Shown in pieces: positions 37,374 to 47,449 of a stretch of 64,000 nt of DNA. The position numbers and the translations under genes are program-made. The first letter of the stretch is position 1, and the number at the start of each line of letters is the position of its first letter. The notes beneath the pieces are model-generated. The model was not told the DNA's origin. It made no database searches and worked only from the letters and a program-made list of their open reading frames with translations. The DNA is taken from NCBI GenBank assembly GCA_963769935.1, contig CAVYNY010000017.1:128001-192000 (forward strand), given 5' to 3'. This DNA comes from an uncultured delta proteobacterium (GTDB lineage: Bacteria; Desulfobacterota; Desulfobacteria; Desulfobacterales; JAFDCJ01).

Positions 37374-39854
37374 TTACTGGAAAAACATATCGTCAATGCT
37401 TTTGAATTTGCGCCTGGCGGCATCATGGAAGTATTCTATCCGCAACGGCGCATCCTTCCCGTGACATTCTTTGCACACCTCAAACGCCGCCGGAGATCTC
37501 AGAAAACTGTTGGTCAAGTCGCCTTCAGTGTTGACGCCATTGCCCTTGGCGGCCGATAGGGGACTCCAACGATGAACATTGTGGCAGGAGGGGCAAGATA
37601 TATTGCCGGCCGTGACACGTTCGCCGGTATTGCCTTGGAAAAGCGGGAAGTAGCCGGGTTGGCCTTTTTTGTGCGGATCTGTGATTTTGAGAACCTTTTC
37701 GCGGGGATGCAAATAGACCGGCGGCACTTTCGCTTTTGCCGGACCTTCCGGAGAGTGGCAGGCATTGCAAATTCTTTCCATGACATTGTTGCCCATGCCG
37801 TATCCCCGGGCCCAGAGAACGATTTCGCTGCGGCCGTTGTGGGTGAGATGACACACACCGCAGGTGCCGGATTCAAGCGGCGTCTGCCCCACAATATTTC
37901 TGGACGAAGGGGCTGTCACCAATAGGTCGTGCTCGGTTTTATCGATAAAACCCTGGTCCGCGTGACAGTCCTCACAAAGCCTGGCGGAAGGCGAATTTTC
38001 CATCCGCAAGAAACTGTTGCGTGCGCTGCCTTCCAACGCAAAATGATCCTCCTCTGTGTTGTCCAGCGGGTCCCAGCGATGCGGGTCATGGCAGGTCGGA
38101 CAGCTGACAACACCCTTGTCGGAGGCGGCTCCTTTGGCGTCGAAAAGCGGCAGGGTTGTGGACAGGCCCTTTTCAGACGGCGAAATGTTTATCGGATGCG
38201 AAGGGTCCCGGATTACTTTTTTAGCCGCCGCTCCATTGCGATTGTGGCATGTCAGACATAGATGCGCCGCGGCCTCTCCGTTCTCGGACCAGGGTTTTCT
38301 GCCCCACAGAAAAGATTCCCGGGCATTGTGCACCAGATGACAGGTGCCGCAGAGGCCGGATTCGGATGGAGTCTGATTTTTCATGTTTTTTGCGTCCGGA
38401 GCCGTTTTGCTCAGGTCGTGTTTTGATCCGGCAACGGGAAATTTATCCGCATGGCATTCCCGGCAAATCCGGGGTGCCTGATTTCTTAAAAAGGATGTTC
38501 GCCTGTCGGCCGGCGCATCTTTTGCGGCTGCACCTGCGGCGGAGCCAGCGCGCCAGCGATGGGGGTCATGGCAGGTGGTACACGTGATTACTCCGTTGCG
38601 ATCCTGAAAACCGCGATCGTTGAAAAGCGGCAGATCCGTAATCGAATTGACATTTGTTTTGCCGGGCCGGACGGCCATAGGATGCTGCGCACCGCTGAGT
38701 GCGGCTTTTTGGGCATTATTGCCCTTGCTGTGGCAGCTCAGACAAAGCCCCTGGGCAAGCAGCGTTTTACCCTCGAGCCGGCGGGCTTCCCGGTGGGGCA
38801 GGTGGCAGGCGGAGCACACCCCGGCCTGCGCCACAGTTTCGCCCGCGAGATTTTTTTCGTCAGGCGCCGTCAGCAAAAGATTGTGCCGGGTGTCGGCAAT
38901 GACTTGTTTATCCTGATGACATGTCAGGCACAGGGCGGAGTGTTGATTTTTTTGGATCAACAGCTGCTGCCGGCTGATATCATTCCGGTGAATTTTGTGG
39001 CAGCTTTGGCAGATTATTTCGCCGTCGCGCCCCACGCGGGCGCCCGCTTTAATGAGCGCATGGGGGATCCGGGCCGTAACCGGCTTGACATTGATGACAT
39101 GAAAGGGCTTTTTGCTGCCGTCGGGTGTGCGATAATTCTTATCCCCGTGACATGCCAGGCAAAGACTGGAATCGCGGCCGCTTTCGATCAGAAAACTCTC
39201 ATACTTGGCCCCGTGGGCGGCGTGGCAGGTTTCGCATATCAGCTGATTGGGTTTATCGCCCGCCAACGCATACCCTTCGATCAGACGGCGGGGAATTTCC
39301 TGCTTGACGGTATCCAGCGGGTGATTGTGGAATTTGCCGGCATCGGCCATCTCCGGGTGGCACATGCGGCACATGGCTGAATTGCGGTTGGAGGTTCGCA
39401 TGAAAATCGTCTCTTTGCTGTCCGGCCCGCTGGGAACCCCGTGGGCGGTGTGACAAGTGGCACATACCATGTTGCCCTGTTCGTCCAGCGGAAAGATAGC
39501 GGGTATCTTCATGTGCCCGGGCGGCGGCACATTGGTTTTGTGCTGGGCCGTCTGGTAGGCGCGGGCGCGGGAATCCTCGATGCTGCCGTCATGGCAGGAA
39601 AAGCACATTTCAGGGGTGGCAACTACTTTTTCAGCCGTATAATCGACGAGGTCCGATCCGCGGCCTTCAATAAAAAAGGTATCAACCCAGCGGTAATGGC
39701 AGATAGCGCATGACTTGGCAGAATTGGGATTTCGCGGCGGTTCTACTTGGGCCTCGCAGAGACTGCTCAGAAAAATTGGAAGGGAGATTATAAAGACAAA
39801 CTTTCCGCTGTAGGCAACGATGGATGAATAGATTAAAGCAAACCTGTTAACCAT
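37374..39854 (-). CDS. 20-heme c-type cytochrome (paralog B)
   Basis: 20 CxxCH counted; colinear with 21532..23943. Confidence 0.92.
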   Translation of the reverse strand: MVNRFALIYSSIVAYSGKFVFIISLPIFLSSLCEAQVEPPRNPNSAKSCAICHYRWVDTFFIEGRGSDLVDYTAEKVVATPEMCFSCHDGSIEDSRARAYQTAQHKTNVPPPGHMKIPAIFPLDEQGNMVCATCHTAHGVPSGPDSKETIFMRTSNRNSAMCRMCHPEMADAGKFHNHPLDTVKQEIPRRLIEGYALAGDKPNQLICETCHAAHGAKYESFLIESGRDSSLCLACHGDKNYRTPDGSKKPFHVINVKPVTARIPHALIKAGARVGRDGEIICQSCHKIHRNDISRQQLLIQKNQHSALCLTCHQDKQVIADTRHNLLLTAPDEKNLAGETVAQAGVCSACHLPHREARRLEGKTLLAQGLCLSCHSKGNNAQKAALSGAQHPMAVRPGKTNVNSITDLPLFNDRGFQDRNGVITCTTCHDPHRWRAGSAAGAAAKDAPADRRTSFLRNQAPRICRECHADKFPVAGSKHDLSKTAPDAKNMKNQTPSESGLCGTCHLVHNARESFLWGRKPWSENGEAAAHLCLTCHNRNGAAAKKVIRDPSHPINISPSEKGLSTTLPLFDAKGAASDKGVVSCPTCHDPHRWDPLDNTEEDHFALEGSARNSFLRMENSPSARLCEDCHADQGFIDKTEHDLLVTAPSSRNIVGQTPLESGTCGVCHLTHNGRSEIVLWARGYGMGNNVMERICNACHSPEGPAKAKVPPVYLHPREKVLKITDPHKKGQPGYFPLFQGNTGERVTAGNISCPSCHNVHRWSPLSAAKGNGVNTEGDLTNSFLRSPAAFEVCKECHGKDAPLRIEYFHDAARRKFKSIDDMFFQ

Positions 39855-39964
39855 TGCTTTCAGATGGCAACTCCTTATTAATCCGCCTTTAAAAATAGCA
39901 TATTCGGGGCTGTATATGGCTCTTTGAAAAATGAAGTAACTTGTCTGATCGAAGCGCTGGCGGA

Positions 39965-41248
39965 TTAATTACGCAGCACGATCTTATCCAAATCTCCGCT
40001 CCACGCGGCGGCCAGGACCGGGCCCATATATTGATCCACCAGATCGGCGGTCAACGGAACCGGCATGTTCTGCAGCTTGCTTTCGAGCTGGGGATCCTTG
40101 GCGGCGGTGAGTATCTTTTCCAGAACGGCTTGGTCAATGCCTTCAATTTCGGCCAGCGTGGTGGGGAAGCCGATTTTGCGGTTAAAAGACAAAATTCCGG
40201 CCGCGACCGTCCGGCCCAGGTCTTTGGCTGAAAGCACATCCAGGTTGCCATCGATGTAACCGTGCCTTTTAAAAATATCCCCGATTTTGCGGACCCGATC
40301 TTCCACGGCGGGCGTAAAAAATACCGTGTAGTAGGGATTCATCAGGGCGCAGGCCCGTCCGTGGCTTAAATATTTGACCAGTGAAAAGCTGTTCAGATGC
40401 GGCCCGCTCGTACCACCGACCATAATGGCATAGCCGCCCAGGTCGGTTCCCAGAGCCACCTGCTCGCGGGCGTCCGGATCATGCGGCTTTTCTGCCAGCA
40501 CGGCCAGACCGGCCACGATTAATTCAATCCCGGCCAGCGCAATTTTTTCGATCCGATCCAGGCCGTCGCCCTTGGCACCCAGATAAACTTCAATACAGTG
40601 GCTGAAACCGTCCATCCCGCCGTCCAGGGTCAACGCCATGGGCTGGGAAGCGGTAAGCCCATAGTCGAAAACAGCCTTGGGCGGGACAATGGCCTCGTCG
40701 ATGATCAGTTTTTTCTGGCCTTTGATCGGGTCGGTAATATTGGAATATTTGGAGAGGTGGGCCGAGGAGCTGGCGGCGGTCATCACGGCGACAACCGGCA
40801 GGACCTTGCGGCCTGTGCTTTTACAGACTTTCGTGACTTCACCGAGGCCAAAGTATGGATCCAGCTCGGCCTCGATATCGCCGAACGTTGCCAGCACGGC
40901 GGCGGCTTTGCAGGCATCGATGCCCGAACCGGACTCAAGCGAGACGATCACATCCGGCTTCTGGTGGAGGATATGCCCCTGCAGCCGATAGACGTCTTCA
41001 CGGGGCGCATTGGGCGCCGCCCCCTGCACGGGTCCCAGCACCTCGACCCCCTTGGCCTTCATCGAAGCCGTCACCTGCTCCAGGGCCGGCCTGAGCCAGG
41101 CCGAAGACAGCCGGCTGACCAGCAGTGCCCGTTTGCCGATTTCCGCCGTCATGGGTCCGACCTGCTCCAGCACACCGGTCCCAAATGCGTAATCATTTCC
41201 TTTGAACTCAACAATAAACTTTTCGGCTTCCTGCACCAGGTTTTGCAT
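39965..41248 (-). CDS. Iron-containing alcohol dehydrogenase family protein
   Basis: PN motif, SGSGIDACK, DGFSHCIE, H..SF...SHGRACA metal ligands; the NAD-binding GGGS loop is divergent. Confidence 0.88.
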   Translation of the reverse strand: MQNLVQEAEKFIVEFKGNDYAFGTGVLEQVGPMTAEIGKRALLVSRLSSAWLRPALEQVTASMKAKGVEVLGPVQGAAPNAPREDVYRLQGHILHQKPDVIVSLESGSGIDACKAAAVLATFGDIEAELDPYFGLGEVTKVCKSTGRKVLPVVAVMTAASSSAHLSKYSNITDPIKGQKKLIIDEAIVPPKAVFDYGLTASQPMALTLDGGMDGFSHCIEVYLGAKGDGLDRIEKIALAGIELIVAGLAVLAEKPHDPDAREQVALGTDLGGYAIMVGGTSGPHLNSFSLVKYLSHGRACALMNPYYTVFFTPAVEDRVRKIGDIFKRHGYIDGNLDVLSAKDLGRTVAAGILSFNRKIGFPTTLAEIEGIDQAVLEKILTAAKDPQLESKLQNMPVPLTADLVDQYMGPVLAAAWSGDLDKIVLRN

Positions 41249-41388
41249 CCGTCTTTCCTCCTTAAGTTTTAATCCCTAGCACTTTAGACATTTTGAACGT
41301 TTTAGGCAACTTAAAAAGCGTGTCCAAAATTAAAATTATTATTCAATTTGGTGCCACTCGGTGGAATTAGATTTCAAAAATCCCGGGG

Positions 41389-41435
41389 TTGACAAAGAGA
41401 TATCGGGTGGATAATTTTGATCGTAAAAATACGAT
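41389..41435 (+). promoter_or_regulatory. Putative sigma-70 promoter with ArsR-type inverted-repeat operator
   Basis: TTGACA at 41389, GATAAT at 41410 (15-bp spacing, short), palindrome ATCGTA-AAAA-TACGAT at 41420-41435. Confidence 0.5.
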
Positions 41436-41452
41436 TAGGTGGAAGCAGCTTT

Positions 41453-41653
41453 ATGAAACAAATTAAATCAGGAATACCGCCTCTATGTTGCACGCTCAAT
41501 ATTTCAGGCAGGGCCCAGGAGCGGCTGGCCAATATGTTCAAGGCGCTGGGCAATCCCGTGCGCTTTGAAATTGTCAAGTTTCTGGTAACCACTCCCACCA
41601 GGCATTTACTTCGAGCAAAAATGGATACTATTTTTTTTATCGAAAGCCTTTAA
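41453..41653 (+). pseudogene. Truncated ArsR/SmtB-family repressor
   Basis: CC..LANMFKALGNPVRFEIVKFL matches ArsR helix 1-2; the HTH is missing and the ORF runs into unrelated sequence and repeats. Confidence 0.7.
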
Positions 41654-41740
41654 ACTCTGAAACTCCGAACCCTGAACCCTGCTTGTGGGGTCGTAGCCCG
41701 AAGGGCGAAGCCCCAAACCTCTGAACCGTTGAACCTTGAG
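41652..41740. repeat. Heptamer/octamer repeats (CTGAACC) with inserted GTAG-type REP hairpin
   Basis: CCGAACC CTGAACC ... GGGGTCGTAGCCC-GAA-GGGCGAAGCCCC ... CTGAACCGTTGAACC. Confidence 0.55.
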
Positions 41741-42643
41741 TTACTTAATGAACGTACCTTTCTGATATTCTTCAAAAGCGATGCGCAGCTCTTCCTGAGT
41801 GTTCATCACAATGGGGCCGTACCAGGCAATCGGCTCTTTGATCGGCTTGCCGCTGAAAAGCAGCAGTCTGACGGATTCATCGGTGGTCGAGACATAGACC
41901 TCATCCCCGTCGCCAAAGAGGACCAGGGTCTCATTGTCCAGGAAGGGCTCCTGCTTCATGTCGAAATAATTGCTTCCCGCGACTTCATAGGTAAACGGCT
42001 TTTTTTCCCGGCAGAAGTAGCCCTGCCCCCCTATCACATACACAATCACCGTATGCCCCTGCGGGGTGGGATGGGTGAATTCCGTTCGTTCCGGGACCGT
42101 GATATCGAGATATTCAGGGTTGATGACGACATTTTCGACCGGTCCCTGCCGACCGTCTATTTGCCCGCAGATAAGTCTCACCGTCACGCCGTTGTCAAGA
42201 ACGACCGTCGGAATCGAGTCGCTTTTAAACTCCTGATAGCGGGGTGCCATCATTTTATGGGACGCCGGCAGATTGGCCCACAACTGAAATCCGCCCATCA
42301 CGCCGGCCGGATTGCCTTGCGGCATTTCCTGGTGGATGATTCCGCTGCCCGCGGTCATCCACTGGACATCTCCGGAGGCGATGACGCCTTTATTTCCCAT
42401 GCTGTCTCCGTGTTCGACCCTTCCGTCGAGCATATAGGTTATGGTCTCGATTCCGCGGTGCGGATGCCAGGGGAATCCCTTGAGATAATATTCCGGGATG
42501 TCCGAGCGAAAGTCATCGAACAATAGAAATGGGTCGAAGGCCGTGACTTCCCGAAAGCCGAAGGCCCTTTTCAGATGAACGCCTGCGCCTTCGATTGTCG
42601 GTTGACTCCTGAAAACTTTTCGTATGGTTCTTGTTTTGGCCAT
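41741..42643 (-). CDS. Pirin family protein
   Basis: EGAGV, DPFLLFD, GFPWHPHRGIETITY, QWMTAGSGIIHQE, EPIAWYGPIVMNT. Confidence 0.95.
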   Translation of the reverse strand: MAKTRTIRKVFRSQPTIEGAGVHLKRAFGFREVTAFDPFLLFDDFRSDIPEYYLKGFPWHPHRGIETITYMLDGRVEHGDSMGNKGVIASGDVQWMTAGSGIIHQEMPQGNPAGVMGGFQLWANLPASHKMMAPRYQEFKSDSIPTVVLDNGVTVRLICGQIDGRQGPVENVVINPEYLDITVPERTEFTHPTPQGHTVIVYVIGGQGYFCREKKPFTYEVAGSNYFDMKQEPFLDNETLVLFGDGDEVYVSTTDESVRLLLFSGKPIKEPIAWYGPIVMNTQEELRIAFEEYQKGTFIK

Positions 42644-42832
42644 GGTACTATCCTCGCTATTGGTGTGGTTAGGGGCAAACGCTGTTACTGCTGTCTCTTA
42701 TATCACGAGCAGTCAATGCCGTCCATTGCCTTCTACTATTATCCGCAACCGCGGTCTTTTGATCCGGTTTGCGGTAACCGGACCCCTGAAGTTAAGAATC
42801 CTGGCCAAGAGGGGTGGTATTGGCCGTCTGAG

Positions 42833-42976
42833 AACCCATGAAGCGGTGGAATATTGGCGATTAAAAGTGGATGGTGCTCTATTTTTACTTTCCGCTTTGT
42901 AACATTCATATAAAAACAGATCAAATTCCATCAAGCCCAATATCCCAACACTCCATTATTCCATTACCCCATGGGA
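42833..42976. repeat. Octamer-family palindromic element
   Basis: CCCATG..GTGGAATATTGG ... CCAATATCCCAACACTCCATTATTCCATTACCCCATGGG; related to 24022-24162. Confidence 0.55.
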
Positions 42977-43083
42977 TTCATATACGGTACAGCCAATCTC
43001 CTCTTACATGGTTCAGAAGAACAGGTCTTTAATATTGGAATAACAAGTTGACCCTCTTTGTGATTGAATGCTATTTGTGCAAT

Positions 43084-43128
43084 ATGCCCTGCCCGGCTCG
43101 ATTAGATGCTCCCGGTGTATTGCATCAC
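43084..43128 (+). mobile_element. N-terminal remnant of a REP-associated (RAYT/Y1) tyrosine transposase
   Basis: Encodes MPCPARLDAPGVLHH, resembling the typical MPRxARLDAPGxLHH N-terminus; the similarity stops abruptly. Confidence 0.5.
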
Positions 43129-43141
43129 ACAGGTATCTATT

Positions 43142-44089
43142 ATGTCTGCTCCATCCGAACAAAAGCCTATCGCCGTATATGGGGCGATGGCCGCCAATTT
43201 ATTGATCGCCGTCACCAAGTTTGCCGCTGCGCTTTTCACCGGCAGTTCCTCGATGATGTCGGAAGGAATCCACTCTCTGGCAGATACGGGAAATCAAGCG
43301 CTGCTCCTGCTGGGAATCCATAGAAGCACAAAACCGCCCGACCATATGCACCCCTTTGGTTATGGCCAGGAACTCTACTTTTGGACCCTGGTCGTGGCCA
43401 TTATCCTCTTTGGATTGGGTGGCGGCATGTCCATCTACGAAGGCGTCACCCATATTCTGCACGCGCGCCCACTGGAGGATCCGTTTTGGAATTATATCAC
43501 CCTGGGGTTGGCATTCCTCTTTGAGGGCGCCTCATTTATCATTGCCCTGCGCGAACTGCGGCACGTGAAGGGCGAAGAATCGATATGGCAGGCCGTGCAT
43601 GCCAGCAAGGATCCCACCATCTTCGTCGTTCTCTTTGAGGATTTCGCGGCAATTGCCGGCCTGGTGCTGGCCTTTCTGGGGATTTTCCTGTCGCATCGAT
43701 TCAATAGCCCGCGCCTGGACGGTGCTGCCTCGATCCTCATCGGATTGCTCTTGGCAGCGGTTTCGATGGTGCTGGCCTATGAAAGCAAAGGGCTGCTGCT
43801 GGGCGAAAGCGCAAACCGGCAGACGGTGCAGCACATTTATGAGATTGTGAATGCCGATAAGGATGTGCAGCAAGCGCGGCGAGCTCTCACCATGCACTTC
43901 GGACCAAACGAGGTGTTGCTGAACCTGGACGTTCAGTTTCGGTCGAAGCTGTCCAGTGCCGAATTGACGGCGGCGATCGACCGGCTGGAGCAGAAAATTC
44001 GAGAGGCCTACCCGGAGATTAAGCGCATCTTCGTCGAAGCCAAATCGCTCACACAATCCGAGCGAAGTACCCGTGCGGGAAGCACTTAA
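43142..44089 (+). CDS. Cation diffusion facilitator (CDF) transporter
   Basis: TGSSSMMSEGIHSLADTGNQ, HPFGYG.E.YFW, VLFED, LDG; C-terminal dimerisation domain. Confidence 0.93.
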   Translation: MSAPSEQKPIAVYGAMAANLLIAVTKFAAALFTGSSSMMSEGIHSLADTGNQALLLLGIHRSTKPPDHMHPFGYGQELYFWTLVVAIILFGLGGGMSIYEGVTHILHARPLEDPFWNYITLGLAFLFEGASFIIALRELRHVKGEESIWQAVHASKDPTIFVVLFEDFAAIAGLVLAFLGIFLSHRFNSPRLDGAASILIGLLLAAVSMVLAYESKGLLLGESANRQTVQHIYEIVNADKDVQQARRALTMHFGPNEVLLNLDVQFRSKLSSAELTAAIDRLEQKIREAYPEIKRIFVEAKSLTQSERSTRAGST

Positions 44090-44201
44090 CCCGGCCGTGC
44101 AGCAGGGCCGGCGCCGCAATTACGTCAACTTCAGCGGGAGAAAGTTTTCCGACTTCAGTCCGAATTTTTAAATCTACTTCAAAGAGAGGCAATGCGTTAT
44201 T

Positions 44202-44348
44202 ATGGATTCGCAATTCGAACCAAGTAATGCCGGCTGCAGGGAACGGGTAATAGAGAGTTTTAACCGGCAGGGGGTCATGAAAACGATCAAAGCCGCTATC
44301 GTTGCAGTCCGTCCGGGTGAAGTTGAACTGGAGTTTCCATTTCGATGA
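44202..44348 (+). pseudogene. N-terminal fragment of a PaaI-family thioesterase
   Basis: My translation MDSQFEPSNAGCRERVIESFNRQGVMKTIKAAIVAVRPGEVELEFPFR* resembles PaaI N-termini; it stops before the catalytic HG/HAG motif and is not in the ORF track. Confidence 0.55.
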
Positions 44349-44415
44349 ACGCTCCCAGCGCTATGAGATTCGATCACATCTCCTTATAAAGGAGAATAAA
44401 TGATGCAGCGATCTC

Positions 44416-44452
44416 AAAAATCCTGCTCCTCAATAAGAGAGCGGGATTTTTT
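44416..44452. terminator. Bidirectional intrinsic terminator-like hairpin
   Basis: AAAAATCCTGCTC-loop-GAGCGGGATTTTTT between convergent genes. Confidence 0.6.
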
Positions 44453-44790
44453 ATGCTTCTGTATAAGAAAACAGCGGATTTTTGCATCCTAACGGTTTAA
44501 ACTCATGAATATGTCCTGCGCATATTTTCACAAAACGCTCTAATATGTGAATACAATTTTCAAAGTGCGATCATTGACAGAAGGAACGCCTGGCTTGGAA
44601 ATGACTCCCATTAAGTCCTTGAAAGTTGTTTCGTATTAGGTGTCTAATACTAAAAGGCTGTGGTGAAAGAATTTTTATTGCGGGCCGTTGAAAAGATCGA
44701 CCGGAATTTGACACCAAATTATTTTCAATTAAAAGTGCGGCAAAAGTGACGAAAAATTGAGCAGTCGAGGAGTTTATTGCGCTATACCCC

Positions 44791-44864
44791 GTCCTTCCTG
44801 CGAAAGCAGAAATCCAGAGAATTCGGCAGCGGCTGAACTGGATGCCCGCCTCCGCGGGCATGAC
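44791..44864. repeat. Inverted REP doublet (GTCATTCCCGCG...GGAATCC type)
   Basis: GTCCTTCCTGCGAAAGCAGAAATCCAG ... CTGGATGCCCGCCTCCGCGGGCATGAC. Confidence 0.65.
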
Positions 44865-44996
44865 GAGAAAAACACCCGGACCCTTCATTGAATTTATTCC
44901 GTTTGGAAAGGGTCCTTTCGTGCTTTCGTAATGAATTTTCTTTTTTGATCCCATGCAGATCGGGATTTATGCCGGGTCACTAACGCCCCGCCCGGG

Positions 44997-47327
44997 CTAG
45001 GTCATACCCGTGAAGTCAAAGGATAGCTTCGCCTGATACTTCTCGATGCGCTTGAATATCTCTTTGAGGGTGGTCTGCTCGATGCGGGAGAGTTTTTTGG
45101 GATTTATGTAGTTATCCGGCTCGGCCTTTTCGTCAATGACCGCTTTGACCTGGCGCACAAATCGCTGCTGCATTAAATAGCTGTAGACCGCATCAAGTTC
45201 GTTGTATTGCTGGGCGGAAATTTTATTCTGGCGCAGGAGCTCCTTCAGCCGTCCCAGGGTATTGGTCTCCTCAATCCGATGATTGAGAGCATAGATGCGG
45301 GCATAATCCACCACCGGCTGCATGGCGGCCTTGATGTCAAAACTGTCGCGATGCTCCCCTTTTGACTCGACCAGAAAGTTGCGGAAAAAGCCGATGGGCG
45401 GCGTAAAGAACAGCGCATTTTCCGTCAGGTGGCGGAAAAACCCCGGCCAGCCGACCAGCGCATCGAAGAGGTGGCCGCGCAGCTCGCTAATTAATTCGGC
45501 ATCCCCGTAGCCGCCCCTCAAATCAAAGAAGATGCCGGCCGGCAGCAGTGCTTCCGGGGCGGCCGTGTGAATCCATTCCGTGAAATATCTCTTCCAGGTC
45601 TGCAACGGCTGACACCATAGGGGGTTTTTGGCCATGACGCCGTCTTTGCAGAAAGTATAGCCGGCGTCGTCCAGCCAGCCGCAGACTTTTTCGGCCAAAC
45701 TTAAAAAATAATTCATCGCTGATTTGCCGGCCTTGGCAGGAAGATCTTCAAAGATGATGGCGTTGTCCTGGTCGGTTCTAAGGGTTTGTTCCTTGCGACC
45801 TTCACTGCCAAGAACCATAAACGCGAATCGGGCCGGCGGCGGTCCCATCTCCGCCAGCGCAAAAGCGATTATTTTTTGTAGAACGGCATCGGATATGGTC
45901 GTTAAAAATCGGGTGATATTCTGGGCCTTGGCCCCCGTATTGATCAACGAGTGCAGCAGCTGGGGAATGTGGCGATGAATCTCGACAATCTGATTGATAA
46001 AACGGGCCTGGGCAATCTCGCGTATGACAAAAAAGGGCGACTGTCCCTGGGCTTTCAGCAGATCGCGGTTGGTGATGATGCCCACCACTTTGTCCGCCGA
46101 ATCCCGGATGGCAAGATGTTTGATATTTTTTTGCATCATCAACATCATGGTCTCAAAAATAAGGGCTTTTGACGAAATCGTGGCCAACGGCGAGGACATA
46201 ATTTCATAGACGGGTTTTAAAATATCGTAACCGGCGGCCGTCACTTTTTTGCGCAAATCGTTGTCGGTGACGACGCCTACATATTCCCCGGCAGCATCGC
46301 GAATGAAAATGGAGCTGGCATTGTGCTCGCTCATAACCGCAGCCGCCGCCTGAATCGGCATTTCCTGATCACAAGACACCAGTTCCCGGTTGACGATATT
46401 TTCAATCGGCTGATTGAAAAATTCCGGGGCAAAATCCGCCGGCTTGAAGTTGCCGGCAATTATTTCAGCATAGGATCGATCCAGCATCCGTTTGCCGAAG
46501 GTATCCGTGAAAAAGTCGGAAAACGCTTCGTATTTTTTGCAGATGTCCAGAAAAATCTCTTTAGATAATATATAGAAATAGGAGTCTTCCGTAACCCTCA
46601 AGGTGCGAATGGAGATGCTGTTATTCATCAGCATTGAAATGCCGCCGTAGATGTCGCCTTCGCCCAGGATACCCCGCAGCATCTTTTTGTTGTTTTCCTC
46701 ATAATACCTTTCGGCCGCGCCTTTCTTGACGATATACAGGTACTCGATCTTGGACTGCCCCTGGATGAACAGTAAGGTGTCCTTGGGATAGTTGATGATC
46801 GATATTGCCGCGGCAATTCTGACGACCTCTTCTTCCGGCAGAAAACTGAAGGGCACCAGGTGGGATATAAAATGCAGCGCCTGTCCGGCGGCGACAATGG
46901 ACGCATAGGACGAATTCGTCATTTGCGCTCGAAAACGACCGGCAAAATGCTCGTAGAAATCTTTATTGCGGGTGCAGACCTCCAGAAACACTTTTTGGGG
47001 TATAACATACAGCGTGGCATCATTGACGACCTGGACCGTACGAACCGAGATCCCGGCATTCATCAAAATGGAAACCCCGCCGAATGTTTCGCCTTTATCC
47101 AGTATCCCCCTTATCTCCCTCTCACCGTCGGTTTCATAAAAAAGCTCCATCTTGCCATTTTTGATAATGTAGACGCAGTCCAGTTTTGTACGCCCCTGAA
47201 CGGCCAGAACGGTGGTTTTGGGATATTTTATTTCCGTGATTTCTCCGGCGACAAAGGCCACCTCTTTTTCCGGCAGCATTGAAAAAAGCGGCAACCCCTT
47301 CAAGAATTTGTAAATCTTATCTTCCAT
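44997..47327 (-). CDS. DUF294 putative nucleotidyltransferase with 2 cNMP-binding and CBS domains
   Basis: Two cNMP domains (LPLFSML..GETFGG; LVPFSFL..GDIYGG), a CBS pair (GVVTDNDLR, GIITNRDLL), NTase motif GSEGRKEQT..TDQDN and a C-terminal substrate-binding domain. Confidence 0.92.
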   Translation of the reverse strand: MEDKIYKFLKGLPLFSMLPEKEVAFVAGEITEIKYPKTTVLAVQGRTKLDCVYIIKNGKMELFYETDGEREIRGILDKGETFGGVSILMNAGISVRTVQVVNDATLYVIPQKVFLEVCTRNKDFYEHFAGRFRAQMTNSSYASIVAAGQALHFISHLVPFSFLPEEEVVRIAAAISIINYPKDTLLFIQGQSKIEYLYIVKKGAAERYYEENNKKMLRGILGEGDIYGGISMLMNNSISIRTLRVTEDSYFYILSKEIFLDICKKYEAFSDFFTDTFGKRMLDRSYAEIIAGNFKPADFAPEFFNQPIENIVNRELVSCDQEMPIQAAAAVMSEHNASSIFIRDAAGEYVGVVTDNDLRKKVTAAGYDILKPVYEIMSSPLATISSKALIFETMMLMMQKNIKHLAIRDSADKVVGIITNRDLLKAQGQSPFFVIREIAQARFINQIVEIHRHIPQLLHSLINTGAKAQNITRFLTTISDAVLQKIIAFALAEMGPPPARFAFMVLGSEGRKEQTLRTDQDNAIIFEDLPAKAGKSAMNYFLSLAEKVCGWLDDAGYTFCKDGVMAKNPLWCQPLQTWKRYFTEWIHTAAPEALLPAGIFFDLRGGYGDAELISELRGHLFDALVGWPGFFRHLTENALFFTPPIGFFRNFLVESKGEHRDSFDIKAAMQPVVDYARIYALNHRIEETNTLGRLKELLRQNKISAQQYNELDAVYSYLMQQRFVRQVKAVIDEKAEPDNYINPKKLSRIEQTTLKEIFKRIEKYQAKLSFDFTGMT

Positions 47328-47449
47328 GATATTACCTGATCATTATACCCTGATCGAGAAAAGCCGCTCGACCGGGCGCTAATCCTAATTCGTTACAGGC
47401 CCTTAACAAATTCTGACCTAATTTATATATCTTATACTTATAAGACATT

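Noticed and set aside
38559..39380. 273-aa plus-strand ORF, and the similar one at 23002-23499
   Set aside because: Antisense to the 20-heme genes; their mutual similarity comes from the paralogy on the other strand.
39162..39641. Near-identical duplicate as a diversity-generating retroelement TR/VR pair
   Set aside because: Mismatches are not adenine-specific (A/G, T/C and C/G all occur), both copies lie in N-terminal coding regions, and no reverse transcriptase is present.
41729..42526. 265-aa plus-strand ORF
   Set aside because: Antisense shadow of the pirin gene.
44400..44492. 30-codon ORF after a GGAG RBS (MMQRSQKSC...)
   Set aside because: It runs through a terminator-like hairpin and has no recognisable features.
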